A DNA stretch of 64,000 nucleotides from positions 1 to 64,000 of IMG/VR virus record IMGVR_UViG_3300032242_003148; one strand, written 5' to 3'. Made by a program: the position numbers and the translations under genes. Numbering within the stretch: the stretch's first letter is position 1; each line of letters opens with the position of its first letter. The stretch is from a virus. The notes beneath the pieces are model-generated. The model had not been told where the DNA came from. It made no database searches and saw only the letters and a program-made list of their open reading frames with translations. Below are positions 38,618-48,921 of this stretch, piece by piece.

Positions 38618-40044
38618 TACATGAATTTACCGTTAGGGGAAGGAAGTAACTCCTCCTTTTCAGGTATGTTCTTGAAACTTGTTTGTTTTGATTTTTTGTT
38701 TTTCTTACCTGTGAGTTTAGGCACAAGTTCGAGTTCGATTTGTTCTCTTGCTTCTCCTCCAACATCTGCGGTATCAAACCTCATGAATTCCATATTGGCT
38801 CTGTGAGGTACAAAGAAGTTCTTGGTATGCCTAGACTTCAGAGAAAAGATATTTGCTATCTTTGCATCTGGACTGTCCTTACCTATACCAACAACTATAT
38901 CTGCAGGTTTGATAACACCCTTGAATCCGGATATTTCAGCGTTACTGAAGTGTCCTTTCATTTTTCCTGTGGCCTGGTGAAGTAACCACACAGAGAATTT
39001 ATGTTCTCCTAGGATTAGATGGTTAGAAAGCTCCTCTACCTCAAAAGAGATAGTCTCGTATTTCTGCCATTGAGCATCGTAGGTTTTGGACGGTTCCATA
39101 TAGTCCATCTGGTCTATATACACAACCTCAGGAATAAACCCTGACTTTTCCGCTTCTCTGTCCAAGAAGTTTGCTATATCTTTGGCGGTTTCAACATCAC
39201 TATCTTTCATGTTAATAACTCTGATATTTGCCATCACCTCTTTCTCGTCGTTAGTCATATCATGCCATTTACTCATTACCTCAGACTGAGCAATAGCTTT
39301 TCCATGGTGTAGATCAGAATAGCTCACATGAAAGTAGTTTGCATATATTCTGGCGAATATAGGCTCTTTTGGTTCTTCCATGCTTAGGAACATAACCTTG
39401 TAACCTAGCTTTGCTGCTTCTATTGCTGAGTGTATTGCCATTGCGGTTTTACCCCCACCAGAATAACCAAGGATTATTCCGTATTCCTGTACACCTAATC
39501 CCTTGATTATAGCGTCGATATCCTTGAATCCTGTTGGGAACGTTTTCTTATGCTCGGCGAATATAGGACGCTCAAAAGGATTGAATGTCATCTCTTCTCC
39601 ATTACTAGATGCATTTTTGAAATCAAATACTAATGAGTTCAAACTGGCAGCTACTGAGTCAGCATCTTTGGTATCACCCCTGAGGATAGCCCCAAATCTT
39701 CTGGCTTTTAACATTTTCGGCAAGTGCTCTATTATATAATCAGAATTCAATGGATCATCATTATAGATATACCCATGAAAATCCCCTATCTGCTCTTGCT
39801 GTCCTTGGCTTATCTTGCCATTAGTAATTGCCTCTTTCAACTTGATAAGCATGAGCTTAGGATTGATAGGCGCCTCATTAACATCCAGGGCTATTTGTAT
39901 GAATGCTCTGTATACATCCACACCTCCTAGATCTTCTGGGACTATTTTTAAGCTTTTGGCTAGGTTGAATACTTTTGCATCTCTTACGATATGCTTTATA
40001 ACCAACTCCATGAAGTCACCGTCTTGATATATATCATTAATCAT
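38617..40044 (-). CDS. DnaB-like replicative helicase
   Basis: PTGF..ID, GYSGGGKT, SMEE, YIDQMD, LHQ and KSRH motifs. Confidence 0.88.
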   Translation of the reverse strand: MINDIYQDGDFMELVIKHIVRDAKVFNLAKSLKIVPEDLGGVDVYRAFIQIALDVNEAPINPKLMLIKLKEAITNGKISQGQQEQIGDFHGYIYNDDPLNSDYIIEHLPKMLKARRFGAILRGDTKDADSVAASLNSLVFDFKNASSNGEEMTFNPFERPIFAEHKKTFPTGFKDIDAIIKGLGVQEYGIILGYSGGGKTAMAIHSAIEAAKLGYKVMFLSMEEPKEPIFARIYANYFHVSYSDLHHGKAIAQSEVMSKWHDMTNDEKEVMANIRVINMKDSDVETAKDIANFLDREAEKSGFIPEVVYIDQMDYMEPSKTYDAQWQKYETISFEVEELSNHLILGEHKFSVWLLHQATGKMKGHFSNAEISGFKGVIKPADIVVGIGKDSPDAKIANIFSLKSRHTKNFFVPHRANMEFMRFDTADVGGEAREQIELELVPKLTGKKNKKSKQTSFKNIPEKEELLPSPNGKFM

Positions 40045-40583
40045 ATTATTCTATTAACCGACAAGTTTTGTTCACGAAGAAAGGCAACCAGCTCAGGTGA
40101 AGCTTCTTTCTTCGCTGTTTCACTATATAACCTGATAATTTCAGGGACCGGTTCTTTGGTGGCGAGTATTCTAAACCAAGCATAGAAGCTCAGCCTGGGG
40201 TTCAATAATGTCTCTATAGGATCTTTTCCTAAGTCAACAACATGTCTCCTAAGCATTTCTTTCTGATGCTCGTATAGATCTGATGGGTGTACGCAATATT
40301 CCTTGCTGTATGTGAGTGCCGCCTGATTTCCAGAAGCCGATCCAAAATAACTAGGATAGAAATTTTCCTGGTGACCACTCAGGCTTTGAAACAACCCCAT
40401 TGCATATTGCTCTGGTGTTATTCTTTGAAGTTTGCAGAATTCTGCAGCTTTCTTGAATGCCTTATCGTGGGCGGGAGTACTGTTGTATAAGTAGTGGGAT
40501 TGCACCAAGCCACGTAAACGAACATACTCATTCTCTATCCGAGTTTTTAATTCTTGAATTTGTGGATCACCTATTTGTTCCAT
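40041..40583 (-). CDS. Hypothetical protein between primase and helicase
   Basis: Overlaps both neighbouring genes. Confidence 0.6.
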   Translation of the reverse strand: MEQIGDPQIQELKTRIENEYVRLRGLVQSHYLYNSTPAHDKAFKKAAEFCKLQRITPEQYAMGLFQSLSGHQENFYPSYFGSASGNQAALTYSKEYCVHPSDLYEHQKEMLRRHVVDLGKDPIETLLNPRLSFYAWFRILATKEPVPEIIRLYSETAKKEASPELVAFLREQNLSVNRII

Positions 40584-41494
40584 AATGATGTGACGATATT
40601 GTTTAATTCCTCTGTTGTAGCTTCATCGGGAGAATCAAAGCCATAATCTCTAGGATCAACATTAATACACTGACGGCCGTTGATCCTAAACTCTTCTGCC
40701 AACTCCCTGGCCTTTTCTTGGGTATTGTCTTCGCCATCGAGGATCAATGTAATCTTCTTCCATTCTTGAATCAACTGTTTTTGCGTGTGTGATATACCTT
40801 TCCCTAAAGTAGCAACAGCGTTCATTGCCTTTAATGCCTTCTTAGCTCCTTCAACCACAATAACATGTGGATGATGCAGCTTGGCATTATCGTAGTTGAA
40901 TAAATAATTGCCTTTGGGGAAAAGATGAAGGTATCTCATGAACTGAAAACGGTCTCCGTTGAAAGTTCCTGGGATAAATCTAATCTGCCAGCCAACATAT
41001 TCTCCCCTGTGAAATATAGGAAAGTGTATGCTCTCTGCTGTGTTGATCTTTGTTCCTGAGTCGAACGTTAGGTTTGTGCCTCCGTCTGCAGGTATATATC
41101 CTACACCTATAGAGGCATAGTAATTAAAATTTGTAAGATGATCTTTCTTTAGAAATTGTATAGCCGGATGATCTTCTGCTAACGAACTAAAGTCCTGCAG
41201 CTTTGTATATGGAGGAGTTTTAGCATATGGATAATTTTGTTCATCATTAACCCCTGTCTCAGGAGCTGCTGACTCAAAACTGAAGTTGTCTCCCTTGAGT
41301 AGCTCGCTTACTTTCAATAGCTCACCACAGATAAAGCAGTTACTCACAGCCCATCCAGGAGAGATATAACGCTTCATCTTTTTAGCGTTCTTTGCCTCAC
41401 AGGTGGGGCAATTAACTCTGTAACTACCACCACTTACTCCTTTGGCTTTTCCAAATCTTTCTTTTAATAATTTGAGTACGTAGGTATTTACCAT
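40571..41494 (-). CDS. DNA primase (Zn finger plus Toprim)
   Basis: CPTC...CFIC; GWQIR; LFNYD; IVVEG; A.LGK; ILDGE. Confidence 0.85.
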   Translation of the reverse strand: MVNTYVLKLLKERFGKAKGVSGGSYRVNCPTCEAKNAKKMKRYISPGWAVSNCFICGELLKVSELLKGDNFSFESAAPETGVNDEQNYPYAKTPPYTKLQDFSSLAEDHPAIQFLKKDHLTNFNYYASIGVGYIPADGGTNLTFDSGTKINTAESIHFPIFHRGEYVGWQIRFIPGTFNGDRFQFMRYLHLFPKGNYLFNYDNAKLHHPHVIVVEGAKKALKAMNAVATLGKGISHTQKQLIQEWKKITLILDGEDNTQEKARELAEEFRINGRQCINVDPRDYGFDSPDEATTEELNNIVTSLWNK

Positions 41495-41511
41495 GTTGTG
41501 TGTTTGAAAAG

Positions 41512-41539
41512 GGTGTGATGGAAATTACTCCACCACACC
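41512..41539 (-). terminator. Intrinsic terminator hairpin
   Basis: GGTGTGGTGGA-GTAATT-TCCATCACACC followed by CTTTTC. Confidence 0.7.
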
Positions 41540-41558
41540 ACGTATTGTCAAATGAAGT

Positions 41559-43034
41559 TTACTTGAGTTGCTTTTTTTCGCCGGTATTATGCCAGTCGAT
41601 CTGTTCAACCCTGTCAACTTCGTGAATTGTCCAACCCTGTTCTTTATAGTATTGGATTCTTTTTTTAGCCATTCCATTTAATACAGGATCATGGTTATCC
41701 ATGAAATCAACCAGAACAAAGTGAGTTTTATCGGTTAATCCGAATTTTTCCTTTTGTTCTTGTGTTAATATTCTGCTTCCTCGAAGAGCCTCCTGAAGAA
41801 CCTCTACTTTTGATGAACCTCCCGCACCCTGTATAACAACGCGACAGTTCGGAATATCCACACCAGCACGAAAAGCGTCAGTAGCAATTAACCTTTGGAA
41901 TTCATTATTAGCGAATTCTGTGGCTGTGTCCCTCTGTTGCTTGTTTGTGAGTGCGAATGTACCAACGGATTTTTTGCTGCTCTCCCTGTGTAGATATTTT
42001 GTTCCTGGTGGGAGATATTTATACAATGGAATCAGGTGATCCTTTACATGGTCTACAAATATGATTGTCTGCCATCCTTCTGGGATGTTGTTGCAGACTT
42101 CTCCTATCATTTCGTGACGAACAACGCAGGATTTTATACCATGCTTTATTTTCGCCTCTATAGAGCTGTATAGGTTGAACTCGTAGTCCCTGGGCATGTT
42201 TAGCATATAAACAACCCCAGGAACAACGGCACCGGATTCCTCTGCATCCATATATGGAAAATATATGAGATCTTCACCAAACAGCCCTACCAATAGCTTG
42301 TCACTATTGTTAAACAAGCCGTCTGTGGTAGCACTAAAACCAAACATCCTTTTAGGTCGCAATATCTCCATGCAATTCTTGAAAGTAGGACTTCCTGTGG
42401 ATTGCATTTCGTCTACCAGAAGTAATTCACATTTTTCCAGGGAACAACTCTTCAGGCTCTTGAACGTGGTTATCGTGATATCATTGCTAATATCATGACT
42501 TCCATCGCCTACCAAGCCCACATGTTTCTCCGGGAAGAATATTTTAAACTTCTGATATGTTTGCCTGACTACCTCCTTTAGAGGAATTGCCAATATCGTG
42601 TTCAAGCCATTCCATGCAGCATAAGTGATAGCAGCAAGATGTGTCTTGCCAATACCACCTGCGGCATTAATAACGCCACTATCTTCCGCTCCCTTTAATA
42701 CAAGGTCTGCTACGAGCGGTATCTGATAGTCTCTTAACTTGAACTCTTTTATTCTATTCCAATCTATAGGAGGTAGCGGTGTGCGCAAATCCGTCACCTG
42801 ATAGGTATCGTGATTCTTGTGTATCATCACGGTAATCTGGTAGAAGAACCCAGGGAGGGTAAATGCATATCCGTCACTATCCACGGAGTAGAGCATCTTC
42901 TCAACGAAAACGCATTCTCTCTTGTAGTTAAATGACTGCATTTCCCTATGGTGGTACCTGAGATACTTCATTAGGTATGGCGGAATAGGTTTAAACCTAA
43001 GACCTCCATCGAATCTGGTGATTTCTATATGCAT
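41559..43034 (-). CDS. Superfamily 2 helicase (UvsW-like)
   Basis: LRDYQ, GIGKT, VDEMQ, FSAT and GVDIP motifs. Confidence 0.88.
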   Translation of the reverse strand: MHIEITRFDGGLRFKPIPPYLMKYLRYHHREMQSFNYKRECVFVEKMLYSVDSDGYAFTLPGFFYQITVMIHKNHDTYQVTDLRTPLPPIDWNRIKEFKLRDYQIPLVADLVLKGAEDSGVINAAGGIGKTHLAAITYAAWNGLNTILAIPLKEVVRQTYQKFKIFFPEKHVGLVGDGSHDISNDITITTFKSLKSCSLEKCELLLVDEMQSTGSPTFKNCMEILRPKRMFGFSATTDGLFNNSDKLLVGLFGEDLIYFPYMDAEESGAVVPGVVYMLNMPRDYEFNLYSSIEAKIKHGIKSCVVRHEMIGEVCNNIPEGWQTIIFVDHVKDHLIPLYKYLPPGTKYLHRESSKKSVGTFALTNKQQRDTATEFANNEFQRLIATDAFRAGVDIPNCRVVIQGAGGSSKVEVLQEALRGSRILTQEQKEKFGLTDKTHFVLVDFMDNHDPVLNGMAKKRIQYYKEQGWTIHEVDRVEQIDWHNTGEKKQLK

Positions 43035-43035
43035 T

Positions 43036-43227
43036 CTAGTCTTCTATTAGGTCTTTGAGAAAGTTCTCCACTATAGGGTAGAGTAGAACTCCTCCTAAGC
43101 CACCTATAATGAAGTTAATCCAAGGCTTGTCCAATATAAAACTAATAATGATAGCCAAGAACATACAAGTTCTCCAAACAGGACTTAAACTATAAGATTT
43201 AAGCTTTTGGATTTCTTGATCGTCCAT
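43036..43227 (-). CDS. Small membrane protein
   Basis: Two hydrophobic helices. Confidence 0.5.
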   Translation of the reverse strand: MDDQEIQKLKSYSLSPVWRTCMFLAIIISFILDKPWINFIIGGLGGVLLYPIVENFLKDLIED

Positions 43228-43408
43228 TATTATTTTTAGGTGGTCTGTTATAAGTCTTTTGTTTCTTTAGCACCCGTTCGGAGGCAGAAGAGGCAATATC
43301 TGTTAGTGTCTCACTCTTATCCTTACCTAATGCCGCACTAGCTATGGACAGTAATGAAATACCAATAGATATTAAGTTTTGTTTAAGCTCATTTTTATCT
43401 TCGCTCAT
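43199..43408 (-). CDS. Hypothetical protein
   Basis: Start coupled to the SbcC stop codon. Confidence 0.5.
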   Translation of the reverse strand: MSEDKNELKQNLISIGISLLSIASAALGKDKSETLTDIASSASERVLKKQKTYNRPPKNNNGRSRNPKA

Positions 43409-45462
43409 AATTTAATTGTGTTGTCGACCACATCAGAGAGATCCTCGTCGTGATCGATAATTATTATTTGTTTCAGTTTGCTCATGTTCTTCATATTCTT
43501 GATGACTTCGAAATAGTTTTTCTTGCTCTCTTGGGAGAGGTGCACAGAACCCTCATCGAATATCATCATAGGAAATGCTTCACCGAACATACTGTGTAGG
43601 GCAAGCCTCAATGCTACGCCAACCATTATCTCCTGACCTCCAGACACACACGGCAGTTTTCTACCCTGGTAATCAAATACATCTATACCAAAGCTATCAT
43701 TAACCTCTGCCCTATAGGGGAAGTTAAATTGCCTTAGATTTTCTGATAAGTACTCTGATACCGTGGAGCTGTATGTCTGTATTAGCTTTCTAGGAAACTG
43801 AGAAGTCGCCAGCATTTCATAGATTTCGTTAAGTATATTAACATACTTATTTCTAACCTTGTTCTGCTCTTTGGTTCTATTGTTCCTGTCTAGCTCCTCT
43901 TGCTTGAGTGTTAGTAGATTATTATATCCAGACAGCTCATTTTGTTTTAATTTCTGTTTTTCCTGATCTTCTTTTATATTTTTAATCCTACTGGCGATAT
44001 ATTCCTCCTCTACCTCTATAGTGATCTTGGCATAGTCGTAAGTTGTGAGAGTTATATTACTCATGTTCTGTGCCATTAGATTATCTTCTACACCATTTAA
44101 GGCAGCCACCAGAGTCTTTCTAGACTCAACGAAACTGCTATATTGAGAAACCACCGCAGAATAAATCTCGTAATCATTCTGGTCGAAAGAAATATCCTTT
44201 ATAGGATCTAGTCCGGCCAGAACTTTAACATTGTCGCTATTCCAGTTATCAAAAGTAACTTTCCTATATTCAATATCTGAGATACTAGACGTTACTTCTG
44301 ATAACTCTTTCTGAGCGGCTACTATTTTAGACTGTAGCTCTTCAACCTTTTTGGATACATGGGATATATACTCCCCTATATCTTTGAGGGTTGAACCGCA
44401 ATGAGGACAGTTATCAACATCTACTAAACCTTTTTCTTTGTATGTTTGAATAGTTTGATTTGATTCGTTGTACTCTTTAGATAAGTTATCATACCCAGCT
44501 TGCAGTAACCCCTTGTGGCTGTGTAAATACTCCAGCTCTGAAATATCTTCAACCGTAGGTTCTGCTGGTTTTTTACTTTGTAGTTCGGCTAATTGTTTTT
44601 CAAACGAGGTTTTTTTCTCGTATAGAGGACGACTCAGCTTTAGTTTCTCTAGGGATGAGGTTATTTCTGCGATATCCACAGTAGCCAATTTTGAATCTAT
44701 CTTGGTTATTTCACCTTTAATTTCTTCTTTTCTAGCTTCTAGTGCAGCTATTCTATCTGCTATTTCTATTCTCTTGGATTCTGCTGCCCTGCAAGAAACA
44801 AGATAGTTTGATCTAGAAATTAGGTCAGCATAAGTATCAGACAAATCTGGTGGAAATTTAGCCAGTTCTATTTGCGCAGTATCACGCATTTTTTTTATAT
44901 CCTCTATTTCAGAGATATACTGATTCTCATCTAGCAATGGGTATTCAGGTGGCGCGGTTTTGATATATTTATTCCATATAACATCCCTTACCTTTGTGGT
45001 GTTAGGGACGAGAAATATCTTTTGGAATATCTTTTCTTTTGTACTGTTATCACCAGAGAATAGAAGAGCTATGTCTCCCTGCTTGGCCACAACAATATTT
45101 TTAAAGATATTCTTGTCTATCTGAAACAGCTTATCCCAAATCTCTGCTACCTCACCTGATTTCTTGTATGTAATTCCATCATACTTGAATGCCACCTTAG
45201 AAGTGTCTAAGTGACGCTCTAGTACTGCCTCTTTGCCATTTATGTCTATGTGACCTATAACATATCCAGATTCCTCACCAACTGAAAGCATATCGGCTTT
45301 AAACCCATAGCCCTCACCAGTGAAGAGGAATATTATAGCCTCCACAATACTAGACTTGCCTGCACCATTAGTGCCAACAATTCCAGTAATACCCTGCTGG
45401 AAATTAATTTCCAGCTTACGGTGTGTTCTAAAGTTCTTTAGGTTTAATTTTTTAAGTTCCAT
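43405..45462 (-). CDS. SbcC/Rad50/gp46-like ATPase
   Basis: GTNGAGKSS, Q-loop, coiled coil with CPHC zinc hook, SGGQ signature, FDEG and IDHD. Confidence 0.93.
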   Translation of the reverse strand: MELKKLNLKNFRTHRKLEINFQQGITGIVGTNGAGKSSIVEAIIFLFTGEGYGFKADMLSVGEESGYVIGHIDINGKEAVLERHLDTSKVAFKYDGITYKKSGEVAEIWDKLFQIDKNIFKNIVVAKQGDIALLFSGDNSTKEKIFQKIFLVPNTTKVRDVIWNKYIKTAPPEYPLLDENQYISEIEDIKKMRDTAQIELAKFPPDLSDTYADLISRSNYLVSCRAAESKRIEIADRIAALEARKEEIKGEITKIDSKLATVDIAEITSSLEKLKLSRPLYEKKTSFEKQLAELQSKKPAEPTVEDISELEYLHSHKGLLQAGYDNLSKEYNESNQTIQTYKEKGLVDVDNCPHCGSTLKDIGEYISHVSKKVEELQSKIVAAQKELSEVTSSISDIEYRKVTFDNWNSDNVKVLAGLDPIKDISFDQNDYEIYSAVVSQYSSFVESRKTLVAALNGVEDNLMAQNMSNITLTTYDYAKITIEVEEEYIASRIKNIKEDQEKQKLKQNELSGYNNLLTLKQEELDRNNRTKEQNKVRNKYVNILNEIYEMLATSQFPRKLIQTYSSTVSEYLSENLRQFNFPYRAEVNDSFGIDVFDYQGRKLPCVSGGQEIMVGVALRLALHSMFGEAFPMMIFDEGSVHLSQESKKNYFEVIKNMKNMSKLKQIIIIDHDEDLSDVVDNTIKL

Positions 45463-45998
45463 TAGGTTAATTCTTCTTCATCTAATCTATTGCTAGCTTT
45501 AGCGTGATCAGGGCATAGTGTTCTATACCAGCCTCCTGTATACGTTTTTCCAGGCTTACCACATTCTTCACAGGTTCTGCCTGATAGATATTCTGTATAG
45601 GTTTCGTATGCCCTTATGGTTGTCCATACTTCCGTGAATACTTCTTCTATAGATTCTTCATCAAACATGTGATGATTCTCAGGCTCTTCTGCGTGAGTTA
45701 TACTATGATAAAGGCAGAGAGTGCCAAACTTTTCTTTTATTTGAAAGAATTTCAGAGAGGGAGAGGGATAAGGAGCACACACGTTATCACCATTATGATA
45801 CTCTGGTTTGAGTTTTACATAACGGCGATTAGGTTTGAGTGCATGCTTAGCCAGCCTACAGAATGTGTCTATAAGCTCATACCATCCATCCCCACACTCA
45901 CAGCCAAAGGCCATGAGGTTTTGCGTGAGTGGTTCATTTCTGCCCACAAAGAAATCAGGATAAGCCTCTACTAGCTTTTGTTCTAGTTCAGCGTTCAT
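45462..45998 (-). CDS. Conserved phage protein with C-terminal Zn finger
   Basis: CGDGW, QIKEKFG.L..Y and TCEECGKPG...W..TLC..H. Confidence 0.7.
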   Translation of the reverse strand: MNAELEQKLVEAYPDFFVGRNEPLTQNLMAFGCECGDGWYELIDTFCRLAKHALKPNRRYVKLKPEYHNGDNVCAPYPSPSLKFFQIKEKFGTLCLYHSITHAEEPENHHMFDEESIEEVFTEVWTTIRAYETYTEYLSGRTCEECGKPGKTYTGGWYRTLCPDHAKASNRLDEEELT

Positions 45999-46324
45999 TT
46001 CTTTTCTTCACCATCTTTTGTGGTTTCCTCATTTTCAAGGCGGTCTAATCCGGCCTTGAGCATATCCACAATTACATTATTAGCACTAACATCCCTGTCA
46101 CAGGATTCAGCTATAATATTTTCTAGGATCTCACGAGGGAGTTCAGAGAAGTCCACCTCTAGTTTAACATATGGCTTCATAAGCACATGTCCATCAGGAG
46201 TTAACTCAACACTGAAATTTTGCCCAGCCTCTAAGCCAAGTTGATCAACCTCCTCTTCTGTGAATTGGATATATACATCTTTGCTGGGCAGGATCTTTTT
46301 AGTTAATGTTGTTGATTCGTCCAT
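45995..46324 (-). CDS. AbrB-like hypothetical protein
   Basis: YIQFTEE...QLGLEAGQ.F.V......V.MKP pattern. Confidence 0.45.
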   Translation of the reverse strand: MDESTTLTKKILPSKDVYIQFTEEEVDQLGLEAGQNFSVELTPDGHVLMKPYVKLEVDFSELPREILENIIAESCDRDVSANNVIVDMLKAGLDRLENEETTKDGEEKK

Positions 46325-46325
46325 A

Positions 46326-47429
46326 TTATTTTGGTTGTTGTAGTAAAATTTCGTTCTTCAGACTATCCAGAACTTTCGCCGTGTCATCCTCTGTTAGTAA
46401 TTTTACTGCTGTGTTATATATGATATCGCTATCATCTTTACCGTTTGTGAGTTCGTGAAGAACATTAAATATACGATCTGCGGTTTTAAGCTCAGACCTT
46501 ATGTTGATATGTTCTTCCTGATTATTTTTATCTAGTTTTACTCTAGTGAATTTAACCATGCCAATCTTGTACAAGAACTGGAGCTTGTCTAGTTGGTCTG
46601 ATACCTCATGGGTATATTTACAAAGAAACACAGGTTTATTCTCACTCATCACATATTCTGCATATAGGGACGGAGAGAAGTTATCTATGTTATCTTTTGT
46701 AATATTCAAGGTAACAAACTTCCTAGGTAGCTGGTACTCAACTATTTCTAACTTATCGCCATTCCAATAGTACATGCCGTCCTTCTCTGTTTCATCAGCT
46801 GCTGTGACTCCTAGACTTCCGCAATAACCTACAAAGATTTTACGGTCACACACAGGGTCGTGATACCACATCTCTAGACGTTTATGAATATCTCCAAGGA
46901 ATATAGCCTGTATTGATCCGCATTGATTAGAGAAGTCTATATCCTTTATAGATACTTTTTTCTTCTCTGATATAAAGTGAAATAACTCAGGAACCTGCTG
47001 GTGCAGGAAAATAAACTTAACAGAGTTTGCTGGTCTGCTGTTTAATTCCATATTCAACAGGTCTATAACATGTTGAGGGTTATCATTATAATCTATTCCA
47101 ACGAACTCATTTTCTGTGTTAATAGGATCAAATCCTGCGATTTTTTCCCAAGTAACACCATCCACAGGTTTGCTGTGATCTCCAGCAATACCCAATGGAA
47201 TTATGTTTGCCCTGCGAAGCCTTCTAAGCTCTCCAGACACGAAGTCTATTGTCTCTGAAGACGGCTTGTTGTTGTCGAACAAGTCACCAATGCTAACAAG
47301 GTAGTCCACACCCAGCTCTATGGCTGTGTCTATGGCCTTTGTGAACACTACCCTACAATCATTTTCTAGCTCTGGGAAGTTGTATAATTTGCTACCCAGA
47401 TGTTCATCGGATATTGCTAAGAATTTCAT
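46326..47429 (-). CDS. SbcD/Mre11/gp47-like nuclease
   Basis: SDEHLG, GDLFD, GDH, HQ, GDIH and YCGS motifs. Confidence 0.9.
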   Translation of the reverse strand: MKFLAISDEHLGSKLYNFPELENDCRVVFTKAIDTAIELGVDYLVSIGDLFDNNKPSSETIDFVSGELRRLRRANIIPLGIAGDHSKPVDGVTWEKIAGFDPINTENEFVGIDYNDNPQHVIDLLNMELNSRPANSVKFIFLHQQVPELFHFISEKKKVSIKDIDFSNQCGSIQAIFLGDIHKRLEMWYHDPVCDRKIFVGYCGSLGVTAADETEKDGMYYWNGDKLEIVEYQLPRKFVTLNITKDNIDNFSPSLYAEYVMSENKPVFLCKYTHEVSDQLDKLQFLYKIGMVKFTRVKLDKNNQEEHINIRSELKTADRIFNVLHELTNGKDDSDIIYNTAVKLLTEDDTAKVLDSLKNEILLQQPK

Positions 47430-47827
47430 ACTTCTAGTTTTCTGTGTTGTTCTGTGAATACCACTTTAGGGGTTTCACTGATTGTGCCTGCGTTATAACC
47501 ATCCACGTATTCTTTCGTGTAGTCAAGTAGATGTGATAATCCCGTGAGATTATCTCCATCCTGTACAAATGCGTAGCCTCCATCAGAATTTTCACCACTT
47601 GACCTGTTTTCTACAGCAAGTTCGTAAATGTCTAAGGCTAATGAATCAGCCATCCAGACTGCAGCTATTTCTGCCTTACTGTACTTTCCAGTTTTGGTGT
47701 GGAATAGATTTTCAAATACATAGTACATGTTATTGCTATTCTTTACCAATTCTATGGCCATCACCTCAGTTATATTGCCTGCATGTATTTCCGCTTTTTT
47801 AAGAAAGCAGGTTTTGATTCTTTCCAT
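47426..47827 (-). CDS. Hypothetical protein
   Basis: ORF packing. Confidence 0.55.
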   Translation of the reverse strand: MERIKTCFLKKAEIHAGNITEVMAIELVKNSNNMYYVFENLFHTKTGKYSKAEIAAVWMADSLALDIYELAVENRSSGENSDGGYAFVQDGDNLTGLSHLLDYTKEYVDGYNAGTISETPKVVFTEQHRKLEV

Positions 47828-48071
47828 AGTCTTCCTCTATTTTTGTGTTTAGATAATCTCGTTCTATCTCTATAAGTTTATCTCTAAACTCATGTACGCC
47901 TATGATGTTTCCATCTAGGTCCACTGCTTGCCATTTTTGAATTCTTGGATTGAACTCAATGTTAGAGACCCGCTGAACCGCCCTCCTACCGAGGGCAGCC
48001 AGCTTGTCGAATAGATTATCAGAAAGACCCGAAAGATTACCTTCCTTGTCGATATAGATAACGCTTCTCAT
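47799..48071 (-). CDS. Hypothetical protein at the end of the DUF2997/DUF1257 module
   Basis: ID..G.L.GL...LG...VQRVS.IEFN....W pattern; coupled to the upstream gene. Confidence 0.55.
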   Translation of the reverse strand: MRSVIYIDKEGNLSGLSDNLFDKLAALGRRAVQRVSNIEFNPRIQKWQAVDLDGNIIGVHEFRDKLIEIERDYLNTKIEEDYGKNQNLLS

Positions 48072-48265
48072 AACTCTATAGTATTACCGCCGTTTTCAAT
48101 GGGTTTGTTATATTCTTCGGTCATCTCTCTGGTGCTCTCCTCAGCACCGCCAAGACGATCCTCTATGAGTTTAGTTGCCTCAAGACAACCAGAACCATAG
48201 CCTTCTACCTTGTCCACTTTCACATTCCCATCGCTATCAATGATGAATGTGATACTCTTAGACAT
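48068..48265 (-). CDS. DUF2997-family protein
   Basis: I.F.ID.DG.V....V.G.G..C.EAT..IE..LG......T.EY; likely start MSKSI at 48265. Confidence 0.75.
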   Translation of the reverse strand: MSKSITFIIDSDGNVKVDKVEGYGSGCLEATKLIEDRLGGAEESTREMTEEYNKPIENGGNTIEL

Positions 48266-48521
48266 ATTGCATTGTGTTTCTGAGGAACCGTCCCAGCTTA
48301 TCATGCTGGAAACGGATGTTTACTGTGTGGAGTTTTTCTCCTGGGCAATAAACCACATATGTTACCTTTGCCCTTGCCCACCCGTGTGACCTCTCCGGGA
48401 TCAGGCTATAGTTGTGAACATACACCCTTGCTGGTGGGTATGGCTGACACTCCTGGTAGAGTGTTTCCACGATGGATCTTTCTAGCTGCTGCTTGATGGA
48501 GTCAAATTCTTGGTTAGTCAT
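48258..48521 (-). CDS. Hypothetical protein
   Basis: ORF between the DUF1257 and DUF2997 genes. Confidence 0.55.
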   Translation of the reverse strand: MTNQEFDSIKQQLERSIVETLYQECQPYPPARVYVHNYSLIPERSHGWARAKVTYVVYCPGEKLHTVNIRFQHDKLGRFLRNTMQYV

Positions 48522-48531
48522 ATATGCGTAT

Positions 48532-48921
48532 TTATTTGGTTGCGATTATTTTTAGTTCTCCTGACTTTAGGGTCTCTACCTGGTAGTTGAGATCCTCCTC
48601 ATTCATAAACTGCTTTAATTCAGTTAACGAATAATTCTGCTTAACATTCTTCAAGTTCTGTCCTAGCTGTCTAGCTATAGAGCTATCAAAGAAGTCGCAG
48701 GTGAATGTTGCCTCACCATCGCTATTTATATCAATTCCCACATCATATCCGCGAGGAGATGGATTTAATGCTACGTATTGATGAACAATGTTTCTACTGG
48801 GATCAGAGGGATACGTTGTGCATTTCTGATTCTCGACAATTTTCCATCCGAGATTTTCAAAAGTACTCAAAAGTAATCTCTTGTTTTTAAACTTTGTTTT
48901 GATTTTTACTGAGTGGCTCAT
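48532..48921 (-). CDS. DUF1257 (Ycf35-like) protein
   Basis: MSH...IKT......L......LG, YDVG, D.F and KQ.Y pattern. Confidence 0.78.
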   Translation of the reverse strand: MSHSVKIKTKFKNKRLLLSTFENLGWKIVENQKCTTYPSDPSRNIVHQYVALNPSPRGYDVGIDINSDGEATFTCDFFDSSIARQLGQNLKNVKQNYSLTELKQFMNEEDLNYQVETLKSGELKIIATK

